A stretch of 64,000 nt of DNA from Dehalococcoidales bacterium (GTDB lineage Bacteria > Chloroflexota > Dehalococcoidia > Dehalococcoidales > RBG-16-60-22). The notes beneath the pieces are model-generated. The model saw only the letters and a list, made by a program, of their open reading frames with translations, was not told where the DNA came from and did not search any database. The position numbers were made by a program, and so were the translations under genes. Below, in pieces: positions 48,317 to 57,314 of the stretch (the first letter of the stretch is position 1; each line of letters opens with the position of its first letter). The DNA lies in the NCBI GenBank assembly GCA_050014355.1, contig JBEKDL010000004.1:21438-85437 (forward strand), read 5' to 3'.

Positions 48317-49001
48317 TCATTCTCTCCAGGAGCTTGTAGCCCGCTCCGTATACCGTTTTTAAATACCTGGGGTGATGAGGGTCAGGTTCAAGCTTGCGGC
48401 GGAGCTTGAGGATATGGACATCGATGGTGCGGTCGAAGCCGTTGAAATCATGGCCGAGCGCTTTATCGATTATCTGGGCGCGGCTGAAGACACGCCCCGG
48501 CTCTTTGACAAGAGCCCCCAGCAGCTTAAACTCTATCGGTGTAAGGTTTAATGACCTACCCTCCAGAAAAGCTTCATGTTTGAGGAAGTCAACCAGCAAA
48601 GCGCCGTGTTCGATTTTTTCCGGTCCGCGTTCTCCGGGCAACCGGCGCAGCACCGCCCGTACCCTGGCCGCCAGTTCACGGGGACTGAAGGGCTTGGTCA
48701 CGTAGTCGTCAGCGCCGAGTTCCAGGCCTTTTAATCTATCATCATCGGTGGTGAGCGCGGTCAGCATGATGATGGGGACGTCCGACTCTTCCCGGAGAAT
48801 ACGGCACACCTCCAGCCCGCTCATACCGGGTAACATGAGGTCGAGGACGATGAGGTCAGGATGGTTTTCCCGGGCCAGCCTCAAGGCGTCATTGCCGTCA
48901 CCGGCAGTAATCACGCGGTAGCCGTCGCGGTTCAAATAAAGCTTGACGAGCTCTACCGTCTTGGCATCATCGTCTACGACTAAGACTTTTTTACCGGCCA
49001 T
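48306..49001 (-). CDS. OmpR-family response regulator
   Basis: It has a receiver domain (KVLVVDDD...DLIVLDLMLP) and a winged helix (VYGAGYKL). The start could instead be the upstream ATG at 49037. Confidence 0.88.
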   Translation of the reverse strand: MAGKKVLVVDDDAKTVELVKLYLNRDGYRVITAGDGNDALRLARENHPDLIVLDLMLPGMSGLEVCRILREESDVPIIMLTALTTDDDRLKGLELGADDYVTKPFSPRELAARVRAVLRRLPGERGPEKIEHGALLVDFLKHEAFLEGRSLNLTPIEFKLLGALVKEPGRVFSRAQIIDKALGHDFNGFDRTIDVHILKLRRKLEPDPHHPRYLKTVYGAGYKLLERMSET

Positions 49002-49065
49002 AATTATACCTGTGTAATTTGATGTTATCATAATCATGTTAGACCATAAATGTTAAGATATTGTT

Positions 49066-49098
49066 AAAACAAAGGAGAGGTATTGTCCCTACCTCTCC
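49066..49098 (-). terminator. rho-independent terminator of the 156-aa secreted-protein gene
   Basis: On the minus strand a 9-bp stem GGAGAGGTA/TACCTCTCC is followed by TTTGTTTT. Confidence 0.75.
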
Positions 49099-49136
49099 TT
49101 TTCCCTGCTAGAGCGAGTTTCCAGGATTTCTCTGTA

Positions 49137-49607
49137 TTAACGATGGAACATTTTGCCGACTCCGCCAAAACCGCGCGGCGAAGCTGGCGCGGGCATTCCC
49201 GGTCCGAAGGGTACGCCCTGGGGCTTGGACTGTAACCATTGTTCGTACTGGTCGGATATGACCGTGCTTGGCTTGGAGTTCAGCCAGTTTTTGTAATCGG
49301 TAGCCTGCTGTTGGGTAATTTTGCCGGAATCCACGAGCTTCTTTAACGTAGCATCCAGTCGCTGGCTTGCCAGCTGCTGTTGCGCCTGGGTAAAGGCTTT
49401 TTGCAGCTGCGCGGAATCAATCGTGGTACCTGTGTTCTGCCTATAGATTTGAGCGACTGTATCCAGCAAACTAGTTGTATTGGCCGTGCTGCTCGGCGTC
49501 GTGGTAGTCGGGGTATCTGCCTGGACGAACGCCACAGCCGCCAGCGTAGCGCCAATTACAAGCACTGCCGCGACCGCGATGATAATTATTTTCTTATGTT
49601 TTCTCAT
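49137..49607 (-). CDS. secreted hypothetical protein (signal peptide, Thr-rich linker, Gln-rich helical domain)
   Basis: It has a signal peptide (KKIIIIAVAAVLVIGATLAAVAFVQA) and the internal repeat NWLNSKP/QWLQSKP. Any CpxP/Spy-like role is speculative. Confidence 0.6.
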   Translation of the reverse strand: MRKHKKIIIIAVAAVLVIGATLAAVAFVQADTPTTTTPSSTANTTSLLDTVAQIYRQNTGTTIDSAQLQKAFTQAQQQLASQRLDATLKKLVDSGKITQQQATDYKNWLNSKPSTVISDQYEQWLQSKPQGVPFGPGMPAPASPRGFGGVGKMFHR

Positions 49608-49699
49608 TCTTTTTCCCTCCTGTTACTGAAAGAATAGCAATGAAATATTAAAATCTGATTAATATTCAGGGCATCATCAAACGATGTTCCAACAACTAC

Positions 49700-49760
49700 T
49701 TGACAACCGGTGAAAACACTGCTATTATTTAGGTGTACCTAATATTTAGGCAAGCCTAAA
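49700..49760 (+). promoter_or_regulatory. dtxR-feoB promoter with two tandem DtxR/IdeR-type operators
   Basis: The promoter is TTGACA (49700-49705), a 17-nt spacer, then TGCTATTAT (49720-49728). The palindromes TTAGG-TGTA-CCTAA (49729-49742) and TTAGG-CAAG-CCTAA (49746-49759) follow. Confidence 0.7.
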
Positions 49761-49771
49761 AGGAGACTGAC

Positions 49772-50485
49772 ATGAGCATCAGCACAGAAGAGTACCTGGA
49801 AGCTTTGTATACTCTTACCCAGGACGGCAAACCGGCGAGCACCTCCGCTATCTCAAAGCGGTTGAATATCACCCCGGCCAGTGTTACCGAGATGGTGCAG
49901 AAAATGGCGGAAAACGGTTATGTCAACTATTCCCCTTACCAGGGGGCGACGCTTACCCCTCAAGGGTACAAGCTCGCCGAGAAGATGACCCGTAAACATC
50001 GTTTGCTGGAACGTTTCCTGCACGACGTGCTGAAAACAGGCAATGATAAAGTACATCATGAAGCCTGTGAAATGGAACACGCGCTATCGGACGAGACCGC
50101 CCGCGCGATGTGCCAGACCCTTCAAGCGCCTGATAAGTGCCCGGATGACGGCCAGCTGATTCCACCCTGCGACCTGGGATTTTCCAGCTGTGACGAATGC
50201 CGGAAATGGGGACAGGATAACCTGGAAAATGTCGGCCAGCGCAGGACGAACATCGTGTCGATGGCCTCGTTAAAAGAAAACCAGGAAGGGCTCATCAGCT
50301 TTATCCGCGGGGACAATAAAGTGCTCCGGCGGCTGCTGGACCTGGGGCTTACGCCGGGGACCAAAATAAAGGTCAGCCGGGTGGCGCCGCTCAAGGGGCC
50401 GATGGAGATTGCCTGCCGGGGTTCCAGGCTGGCCCTCGGCGATGAAGTAGCCTGTAACGTCTTTGTTGAAAAAGTAGCCCGCTAA
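49772..50485 (+). CDS. DtxR/IdeR-family metal-dependent regulator with a Cys-rich insert and a C-terminal FeoA/SH3-like domain
   Basis: It has an N-terminal wHTH (TEEYLEALYTL...ISKRLNITPASVTEMVQKM), a dimerisation helix (KHRLLERFL) and a FeoA-like tail. Confidence 0.85.
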   Translation: MSISTEEYLEALYTLTQDGKPASTSAISKRLNITPASVTEMVQKMAENGYVNYSPYQGATLTPQGYKLAEKMTRKHRLLERFLHDVLKTGNDKVHHEACEMEHALSDETARAMCQTLQAPDKCPDDGQLIPPCDLGFSSCDECRKWGQDNLENVGQRRTNIVSMASLKENQEGLISFIRGDNKVLRRLLDLGLTPGTKIKVSRVAPLKGPMEIACRGSRLALGDEVACNVFVEKVAR

Positions 50486-50501
50486 CCGGGAGGTCGCAGG
50501 A

Positions 50502-52547
50502 TTGGCTAACATGTCTTGTCATCCCACAACCCCGGTAAAAGCAACGGGTAAAAGCAACGGCGGCAAGACCCTGACCATCGCCCTGGCCGGTAACGCTAAC
50601 GTCGGCAAGAGCGTCATTTTCAACCAGCTGACCGGCTCGCACCAGACCATCGGCAACTGGCCCGGCAAGACCGTGGACAGCGCTAAGGGCAGCCTCCACT
50701 TCGACGGTTATGATATAACCATTGTCGACCTGCCCGGAATTTATTCTCTCTCCACCTTCTCCCTGGAAGAACTCGTCACCAGGGACTATATCGCACAGGA
50801 AAAGCCCGATGTCATCATCGACGTTATCGGTGCTCCTGTACTGGAACGGAACCTTTTCTTCACCCTGCAGCTCATGGAATTGAATACGCCCATGGTAGTA
50901 TGCCTCAACCAAGTCGACCTTGCCCGTTCACAGGGGATAACCATCGGCGTTCCGAAGCTGGAGAACTGGCTGGGCGTCTCCGTGGTGCCCACCACGGCCT
51001 CCCGGGGTCAGGGCATACGTGAGCTCATCGGCAAGGCTATTGAAACAGCCAACACTACAGAAAATGCGGCCGAACCCGTCGCCGGTTTCAGAGAAGGGCA
51101 CGGCAAAGACAGCACAGCGGGGCACCGGAATCGCCGGAGAGCGCGTTTCCGGGGCGGCCTTGACGACAGCATCGAAGGACTGGCGTCTCTTGTTGAATCG
51201 GAGAAGCTTGGCCTTGAATTCCCCCCGCGGTGGGTGGCGCTCAAGCTGCTCGAAGGCGACACGCAAATACACGAAGTAGTAGGCTCGAAATCGGAGAGCA
51301 TCCTACCTGCAGCCGAGAAATTGGCAAAAAAGATGGAAGAGGTCTACCGGCAGCCGCGCTTTGCGGCCATCGCTTCGGAGCGATACGCCCTGGCCAGCCA
51401 GATAGCCCAGGATGTGCAGAGCCGGGCAGCTACCAGGCCCACTCTGGCCGATAGACTCGACCGCCTGACGACCCAAAAAGTGGCCGGGTATGTCATGGCA
51501 TTCATCGTCATTGCCGGGCTGCTGCTGTGGACTTTCACCGTGGGGAATTCCCTTTCCAGGCTGCTGGCAAACGCCTTCAGCTTTTTTCATCCGGTAAACC
51601 CGCAGGTCAGCGGCACACTTGGGAGCGTCATCTGGAACGGCGTGTTCGGGGGCTTCGTCGCCGGAGTGACGCTGGTGCTGCCTTTCGTTATTCCATTCTA
51701 CCTGCTGCTGGCCGCGATGGAGGATTCAGGGATTCTGACACGGGTCGCCTTTATGCTTGATAGCGCCATGCACCAGCTGGGGCTACACGGCAAAGCGATT
51801 ATCCCGCTCATACTCGGCTATGGCTGCAATGTCCCCGCTATCTACTCCACGCGCATTATGGGTACCAGACGGGAGCGGCTGCTCGCGTCTTTCGCTATTA
51901 CCTTCGCGCCCTGTACCGCGCGGACGATAGTTATCCTCGGTCTGGTGGCCGTCTTCGTCGGTATAGGGTGGGCGCTGGCGCTTTACGCCCTGGACTTGCT
52001 GATAATGTTCGCTGCCGTTAAAGTTGCCCTTAAGATAAATCCGGGAGAAACGCCCGGCCTGATAATGGAGATGCACGCTTTTAAAGTGCCGTCCCTTAAA
52101 GTAATCGCCAGGCAGACATGGTCACGGACAAAGTCGCTGATTTTCATGGTCTTCCCGATGTACATGGCAGGCACTGCCGCCGTCCAGGGGTTGTACGCTT
52201 CTGGCGTGCTGGGACCGGTCAGCCATACCCTGTCCCCGCTGACGGTAGGCTGGCTGGGACTGCCGGTCATCGCGGGCATCCTGCTGATATTCGGTATCGT
52301 CAGAAAAGAAATGATACTTCTCACCCTAGTCGCGATATACGGTACGAACCTGGCGGTAGTCTTGACTCCCGACCAGTTTTTCGTGCTGGCCCTGGTTGGT
52401 ACGTTATACCTCCCCTGCATCGCAACCATAGGTATTCTCACCAGGGAGTTCGGCTGGAAACCGGCCGCGGCGATATCAGCCGCTAACCTAGCTTCGGCGC
52501 TGCTCTTCGGCGGCATCGTCGCCAGGATACTTACGCTCATCCATTAG
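50502..52547 (+). CDS. feoB: ferrous iron transporter FeoB
   Basis: It has an N-terminal G domain (GNANVGKS, DLPG, NQVD) followed by a polytopic membrane domain. The TTG start lies 8 nt after GGGAGG. Confidence 0.9.
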   Translation: MANMSCHPTTPVKATGKSNGGKTLTIALAGNANVGKSVIFNQLTGSHQTIGNWPGKTVDSAKGSLHFDGYDITIVDLPGIYSLSTFSLEELVTRDYIAQEKPDVIIDVIGAPVLERNLFFTLQLMELNTPMVVCLNQVDLARSQGITIGVPKLENWLGVSVVPTTASRGQGIRELIGKAIETANTTENAAEPVAGFREGHGKDSTAGHRNRRRARFRGGLDDSIEGLASLVESEKLGLEFPPRWVALKLLEGDTQIHEVVGSKSESILPAAEKLAKKMEEVYRQPRFAAIASERYALASQIAQDVQSRAATRPTLADRLDRLTTQKVAGYVMAFIVIAGLLLWTFTVGNSLSRLLANAFSFFHPVNPQVSGTLGSVIWNGVFGGFVAGVTLVLPFVIPFYLLLAAMEDSGILTRVAFMLDSAMHQLGLHGKAIIPLILGYGCNVPAIYSTRIMGTRRERLLASFAITFAPCTARTIVILGLVAVFVGIGWALALYALDLLIMFAAVKVALKINPGETPGLIMEMHAFKVPSLKVIARQTWSRTKSLIFMVFPMYMAGTAAVQGLYASGVLGPVSHTLSPLTVGWLGLPVIAGILLIFGIVRKEMILLTLVAIYGTNLAVVLTPDQFFVLALVGTLYLPCIATIGILTREFGWKPAAAISAANLASALLFGGIVARILTLIH

Positions 52548-52647
52548 CGCAGTCTATTCCGGCTTCCCGTCTTAACTTTTCAAAAAACAGCTACCGGAAT
52601 ATAATGTAACCAGCCGCTATCGTTAAACTTAATATCTGGAGGTAGTC

Positions 52648-54054
52648 GTGACCGAAAAAACACCTGTGCGCCCGGACAACTGGAGCCAGCTTTCCCACGA
52701 ACAGAAACGCGGGTTGAGACTGAAATGGCTGGCGGATACAGCTAAAGGCATCAAGTTTGTCAGCCAGGACGCGGAAAAAAATTACAAAATAAAGCTGCAG
52801 CGGCTGATTGACGTTTACAGCATCCGGGAGCCGGACCGCGTACCGGTCAATATCTCGGCGGGGGTCGTGCCGCTGTATGCCTCCGGCATCGATTACCATA
52901 CCGCGATATATGACTACGAAAAGGCGGTGGAGGCGTTCGCCAGATTCAACGAAGAGCACGGCATCGAGCTTGATAACTATTTTGTCCCCGCCATTTTCCC
53001 AGCCCGTGTGGTCGACAAACTTGACTACAGGCTCTACGCCTGGCCGGGCCGCGGCATACCCGAAAGCGCCGCCGGCTACCAGTTCAACGAAGGCGAATAC
53101 ATGAAAGCTGACGAGTACGACGCCTTTATCCGCAATCCGTCCGATTTCTGGATGCGCACTTACCTGCCCCGTCTCTTCGGCGCTTTCGAGCCGCTGGGGA
53201 AGGTCGGGCCGATTACCGACATCCTCGAGTTCCCTATCGGCTCACTGATGCCGTTGAGCCGGCCGGATGTCCAGGCCACGCTGCGCAAGCTGCTCGATGC
53301 GGGCAAAGAGCTGGCGCGGTTCGGTAAAATTACCGGCGATTTCATCCGGAAAGTCCAGGAAAAAGGCTATCTCACACCTTCCGCCATGAACGTGGCGCAC
53401 GCCCCCTTCGACACTTTAGGGGATACTTTGAGAGGAACGCAGGCCATAATAAAAGACATGTTCCGGCGACCGGATAAACTCCTGGAAGCCCTGGACGCTA
53501 CCGCTGACCTGACCATCAGCTCCATCCTGGGCTCCGCTAACGCCGCCCGGGCTTTTAGGGTGTGGTTCCCCCTGCACAAAGGCGCCGACGGCTGGATGTC
53601 TCAAAAGCAGTTCGACACTTTTTATTTCTCTCCCCTGAAAAAAGTCATGGACGCTTTTATCAACGAGGGCTATATCATCACATTGTTCGCTGAAGGCAGC
53701 TTCGATACGCGCCTGGAGCGCTTCACCGACTTTCCGAAAGGCACCGTCCACTGGCAGTTCGACCGCACGGACATGGCCCGCGCTAAAAAGCTCCTCGGGG
53801 GTAAATTCAGCCTAGAAGGCAACGTGCCGTCTTCCCTGCTGACCACCGGCAATCCGAAGGATGTTAAGGAGCTTTGCCGCAAGCTCATCGAGGTCTGCGG
53901 CATGGGCGGCGGCTATATCCTGGCCGGTGGGGCTTCCGTCAGTAATCCCAAAGTGGATAACCTCAAAGCCATGGTGGAGGCCACTAAAGAATACGGGGTC
54001 TACGGGGAGCGTGAACTGGCGGGCCAGGACGACTTGTTTGTCAGCGGATATTAA
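52648..54054 (+). CDS. uroporphyrinogen-decarboxylase (URO-D) superfamily protein, function unknown
   Basis: Its size, APFDTLGDTLRG and the C-terminal GGGYILAGGASV resemble the URO-D/MtaA-like fold. The GTG start follows GGAGG. Confidence 0.5.
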   Translation: MTEKTPVRPDNWSQLSHEQKRGLRLKWLADTAKGIKFVSQDAEKNYKIKLQRLIDVYSIREPDRVPVNISAGVVPLYASGIDYHTAIYDYEKAVEAFARFNEEHGIELDNYFVPAIFPARVVDKLDYRLYAWPGRGIPESAAGYQFNEGEYMKADEYDAFIRNPSDFWMRTYLPRLFGAFEPLGKVGPITDILEFPIGSLMPLSRPDVQATLRKLLDAGKELARFGKITGDFIRKVQEKGYLTPSAMNVAHAPFDTLGDTLRGTQAIIKDMFRRPDKLLEALDATADLTISSILGSANAARAFRVWFPLHKGADGWMSQKQFDTFYFSPLKKVMDAFINEGYIITLFAEGSFDTRLERFTDFPKGTVHWQFDRTDMARAKKLLGGKFSLEGNVPSSLLTTGNPKDVKELCRKLIEVCGMGGGYILAGGASVSNPKVDNLKAMVEATKEYGVYGERELAGQDDLFVSGY

Positions 54055-54151
54055 GACCCTGCTTTTCTCCCTTGCCCCCTTTGTTCCCTCCCTAAAGGGC
54101 GAGGGGATTAAGGGTATTGGGTATCACTCATTAGAAAATGAAAGCTCCCAG

Positions 54152-54200
54152 TTGAATTAAAGTTTTAAAATTGATAATATATATGCGGATATGTGCATAT
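54152..54200 (+). promoter_or_regulatory. arsR promoter and candidate ArsR operator
   Basis: The promoter is TTGAAT (54152-54157), a 17-nt spacer, then TAATAT (54175-54180) preceded by TG. The inverted repeat ATATGC-N8-GCATAT lies at 54181-54200. Confidence 0.5.
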
Positions 54201-54231
54201 TAGCTTATTTCCCAATCAAAGTAGGAAAGCC

Positions 54232-54594
54232 GTGCAGGATTTAATCAATACATTGAAGGCTCTCTCCGACGAGACAAGACTCAGGATTATGAATATCTTA
54301 CTGGAGAGGGAATGCTGTGTCTGCGAAGTTATGCAGGCTTTAGATATTTCTCAAACAAGAGCTTCCCGAAACCTGGGCATTCTCCAGAAAGCAGGTTTTT
54401 TAAAGACCAAGCGCGAAGGCCCATGGATAGTGTATTCCGTAGACCGGGAGACAAACAACCAATACGTAAGTTCTCTTACGCAATTATTTCAAAATTCTTC
54501 AGTCAGCAGCGATGTTTTGAAAAAAGACAGACAAAATCTTAAACACGCCCAACGTATAGGTCCCGGCTGCAAGACAAAGGCAATTGATGCTTGA
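54232..54594 (+). CDS. arsR: ArsR/SmtB-family metalloregulator
   Basis: It has LKALSDETRLRIMNILLERECCVCEV (the CVC metal site) and an HTH. The GTG at 54232 is preferred because of the AGGAAAG RBS. The ORF track starts at 54193. Confidence 0.85.
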   Translation: MQDLINTLKALSDETRLRIMNILLERECCVCEVMQALDISQTRASRNLGILQKAGFLKTKREGPWIVYSVDRETNNQYVSSLTQLFQNSSVSSDVLKKDRQNLKHAQRIGPGCKTKAIDA

Positions 54595-54799
54595 AATAAA
54601 GAGAACAGCCATCAGTCTAGATGAAAATGACCTTATAGAACTGGAAAGAATCTGTATTGACGGAGACAAGGAAGGTGCTCTCGGATTCCTGAAAAAGTTC
54701 TATAAAAGGATTATTTTCTCTCAGCAAGGTAAGTTGAAATCACATTTAGACACAGGTGTTAACCCCGTGGACAAGTTTAATAAGAATAAAAACAGGTAG
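54584..54799 (+). CDS. hypothetical small protein (71 aa) between arsR and acr3
   Basis: The ORF overlaps the arsR 3' end by 11 nt. I recognise no family, and the local G+C is lower than in acr3. Confidence 0.4.
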   Translation: MMLEIKRTAISLDENDLIELERICIDGDKEGALGFLKKFYKRIIFSQQGKLKSHLDTGVNPVDKFNKNKNR

Positions 54800-54841
54800 T
54801 GCGAAATCCTGTAAATAACAATACTCAAAAGGATTAAAAAC

Positions 54842-55909
54842 GTGAATCAACAAAACACTACCACGAGCAAGCTGTCCTTTCTAGACAGGTTTTTAACGCT
54901 CTGGATATTCCTGGCGATGGGTCTGGGGGTGGGGCTGGGCTATTTCATCCCCCGAGTGGCCGACTTCATCAGCTATTTCCAGGTGGGCACCACTTCGATT
55001 CCTATCGCTATCGGGCTTATCCTGATGATGTACCCGCCGCTGGCCAAGGTCAGGTACGAGGAGATGGGGCGCGTCTTCCGCAACTGGCGTGTCCTTGGAC
55101 TTTCGCTCGCACAGAACTGGGTTATCGGCCCTATTCTCATGTTCCTGCTGGCGGTCCTCTTCCTCGGCCATATCTGGCCCAATCCCGACTACATGGCCGG
55201 GCTGATATTAATCGGCCTGGCGCGCTGCATCGCCATGGTCATCGTCTGGAACGAGCTGGCCAGGGGCGATAGAGAGTACGCCGCGGGACTGGTCGCTTTC
55301 AACTCCGTGTTCCAGATTGTCTTTTACTCGGTTTATGCTTATGTCTTTATCACCGTGCTGCCCGGATGGTTCGGGTTGAAAGGCTCCACGGTGAACATAA
55401 CCATCGGCGAGATAGCCAGGAGCGTGTTAATCTACCTGGGTATACCCTTCTTCGGAGGGATGCTAACGCGCTTTACTTTAATCAAAGCCAGAGGGCGAGA
55501 GTGGTATGAGAGCAAGTTCATCCCCAAAATCAGCCCCATCACGCTGGCGGCGCTGCTTTTCACCATCGTGGTTATGTTCTCTCTCAAAGGCGAAATAATC
55601 GTGCAGATTCCTCTGGACGTGTTAAAAATCGCCGTCCCGCTTTTAATCTATTTCGTCATCATGTTCCTGGTATCGTTCTACATGGGGAGGAAAATCGGGG
55701 CCGACTACAGCCAGACAGCCAGCATTGCTTTCACCGCCGCCAGCAATAACTTCGAGCTGGCCATCGCCGTGGCCGTGGCCGTTTTCGGTATCGGTTCCGG
55801 GCAGGCGTTTGCCGCCGTCATCGGCCCCCTGGTAGAAGTGCCCGCGCTCATCGGCCTGGTCAATGTCGCCCTCTATTTCCAGCGCCGGTATTTCAAGCAA
55901 GCCTCTTGA
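54842..55909 (+). CDS. acr3: ACR3-family arsenite efflux transporter
   Basis: The N-terminal [13 protein letters not shown] and a 10-TM profile are typical of Acr3/ArsB(ACR3). The start is GTG. Confidence 0.88.
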   Translation: MNQQNTTTSKLSFLDRFLTLWIFLAMGLGVGLGYFIPRVADFISYFQVGTTSIPIAIGLILMMYPPLAKVRYEEMGRVFRNWRVLGLSLAQNWVIGPILMFLLAVLFLGHIWPNPDYMAGLILIGLARCIAMVIVWNELARGDREYAAGLVAFNSVFQIVFYSVYAYVFITVLPGWFGLKGSTVNITIGEIARSVLIYLGIPFFGGMLTRFTLIKARGREWYESKFIPKISPITLAALLFTIVVMFSLKGEIIVQIPLDVLKIAVPLLIYFVIMFLVSFYMGRKIGADYSQTASIAFTAASNNFELAIAVAVAVFGIGSGQAFAAVIGPLVEVPALIGLVNVALYFQRRYFKQAS

Positions 55910-55934
55910 CATAGATACCAGGCAATATCTCATT

Positions 55935-55970
55935 TTATTGCACGAATCTTATGACCGGTGCTAGAATGAC
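55935..55970 (+). promoter_or_regulatory. ilvC promoter (TTGCAC, 18-nt spacer, extended -10 TGCTAGAAT)
   Basis: The -35 lies at 55938-55943 and the -10 at 55962-55967, with TG at 55959-55960. It is 28/34 identical to the rib promoter module. Confidence 0.65.
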
Positions 55971-56018
55971 TGTGTTAGTCTTCTGGATTTCATCAATCAG
56001 AAAAGGAGAGCAGGCACT

Positions 56019-57119
56019 ATGGCAATTATCAATTTCGGCGGCGTGAAGGAAGAGGTCGTCATGCGGAGCGAGTTCTCCATGGAAAAGGCCCGCAAAGTCC
56101 TCAAGAATGAGACCATCGCTATTATCGGCTACGGCGTCCAGGGCCCCGGCCAGTCTTTAAATATGAAAGATAACGGTTTCAATGTTATCATCGGGCAGTC
56201 GAAAGATTTCATGCAGGACTGGAACCGCGCGGTCAAAGACGGCTGGAAACCCGGTAAAGACCTGTTCGAGATAGAGGAAGCAGCCAAACGCGGCACCATC
56301 ATCGAAATGCTGGTCTCGGATGCCGCCCAGAAGCAAATCTGGCCGACCATCAAGAAACAGTTAAAACCGGGTAAGGCTTTGTACTTCTCGCACGGGTTCT
56401 CGATTGTCTATAAAGACCAGACCAAGATAATCCCTCCCAAAGGCGTCGATGTCATCATGGTGGCGCCTAAAGGCTCGGGGACATCCCTGCGGCGCAACTT
56501 CCTCTCCGGGGCGGGCATTAACTCCAGCTTCGCCGTTTTCCAGGACGCCACGGGGCGGGCTAAAGAGCGCTGCCTGGCGCTGGGTATTGCCATCGGCTCC
56601 GGTTACCTCTTCCCCACAACCTTTGAAAATGAGGTCTTCAGTGACCTCGTGGGCGAGCGCGGCGTGCTCATGGGCGCGCTGGCGGGCATCATGGAGGCGC
56701 AATACGACACTTTACGCAAGCACGGGCATTCCCCCAGCGAGGCCTTTAATGAAACTGTGGAAGAGCTTACTGAAAGCTTAATCAAACTCGTGGCGGAAAA
56801 CGGCATGGACTGGATGTATGCCAACTGCTCGGCCACGGCGCAGCGCGGCGCCCTGGACTGGAAGCCGAAGTTTAAGAAGGCGGTCATGCCTGTCTTTAAA
56901 GAGCTTTACGAGAGGGTGGCCACCGGCGTCGAGACGCGCCGCGTTATCCGCTCCTGCGGACGACCGGACTACAAACAGCTGTTGGGCAAAGAGCTGGCGG
57001 TCATGGGCAACTCCGAGATGTGGCAGGCGGGCAAAGCGACCCGCAGCCTGCGGCCCAAAGAGCCGGAGAAAGCCAACATCAAGACGGCGAAAGGCGTTGC
57101 TGGCAGGCAAGCGAACTGA
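56019..57119 (+). CDS. ilvC: ketol-acid reductoisomerase
   Basis: It has the Rossmann motif IAIIGYGVQGPGQSLN and KARI catalytic-region motifs (SHGF, VAPKGSG, EVFSDLVGERGVLMG). Confidence 0.9.
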   Translation: MAIINFGGVKEEVVMRSEFSMEKARKVLKNETIAIIGYGVQGPGQSLNMKDNGFNVIIGQSKDFMQDWNRAVKDGWKPGKDLFEIEEAAKRGTIIEMLVSDAAQKQIWPTIKKQLKPGKALYFSHGFSIVYKDQTKIIPPKGVDVIMVAPKGSGTSLRRNFLSGAGINSSFAVFQDATGRAKERCLALGIAIGSGYLFPTTFENEVFSDLVGERGVLMGALAGIMEAQYDTLRKHGHSPSEAFNETVEELTESLIKLVAENGMDWMYANCSATAQRGALDWKPKFKKAVMPVFKELYERVATGVETRRVIRSCGRPDYKQLLGKELAVMGNSEMWQAGKATRSLRPKEPEKANIKTAKGVAGRQAN

Positions 57120-57135
57120 AAATCATGAACACACC

Positions 57136-57266
57136 GTCATTGCGAGGAGTCCCGATAAATCGGGACGACGTGGCAATCTCAATGATGAACCTGATACAGA
57201 GATAGAGATTGCCGCGCCTCCCGATTCGCGTGAGGAAAGAAGCTCATCGGGATGGCTCGCAATGAC
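57136..57266. repeat. inverted pair of REP-like elements with termini GTCATTGCGAG / GGCAATCTC
   Basis: Copy A (57136-57180) contains the hairpin GTCCCGAT-AA-ATCGGGAC. Copy B (57205-57266) is in the opposite orientation (GAGATTGCC...CTCGCAATGAC) with a CCCGAT...ATCGGG stem. Confidence 0.8.
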
Positions 57267-57314
57267 AGGATATGTCAGTGATTAGTTTGTTTATATTATC
57301 TACCGCATTATTAT

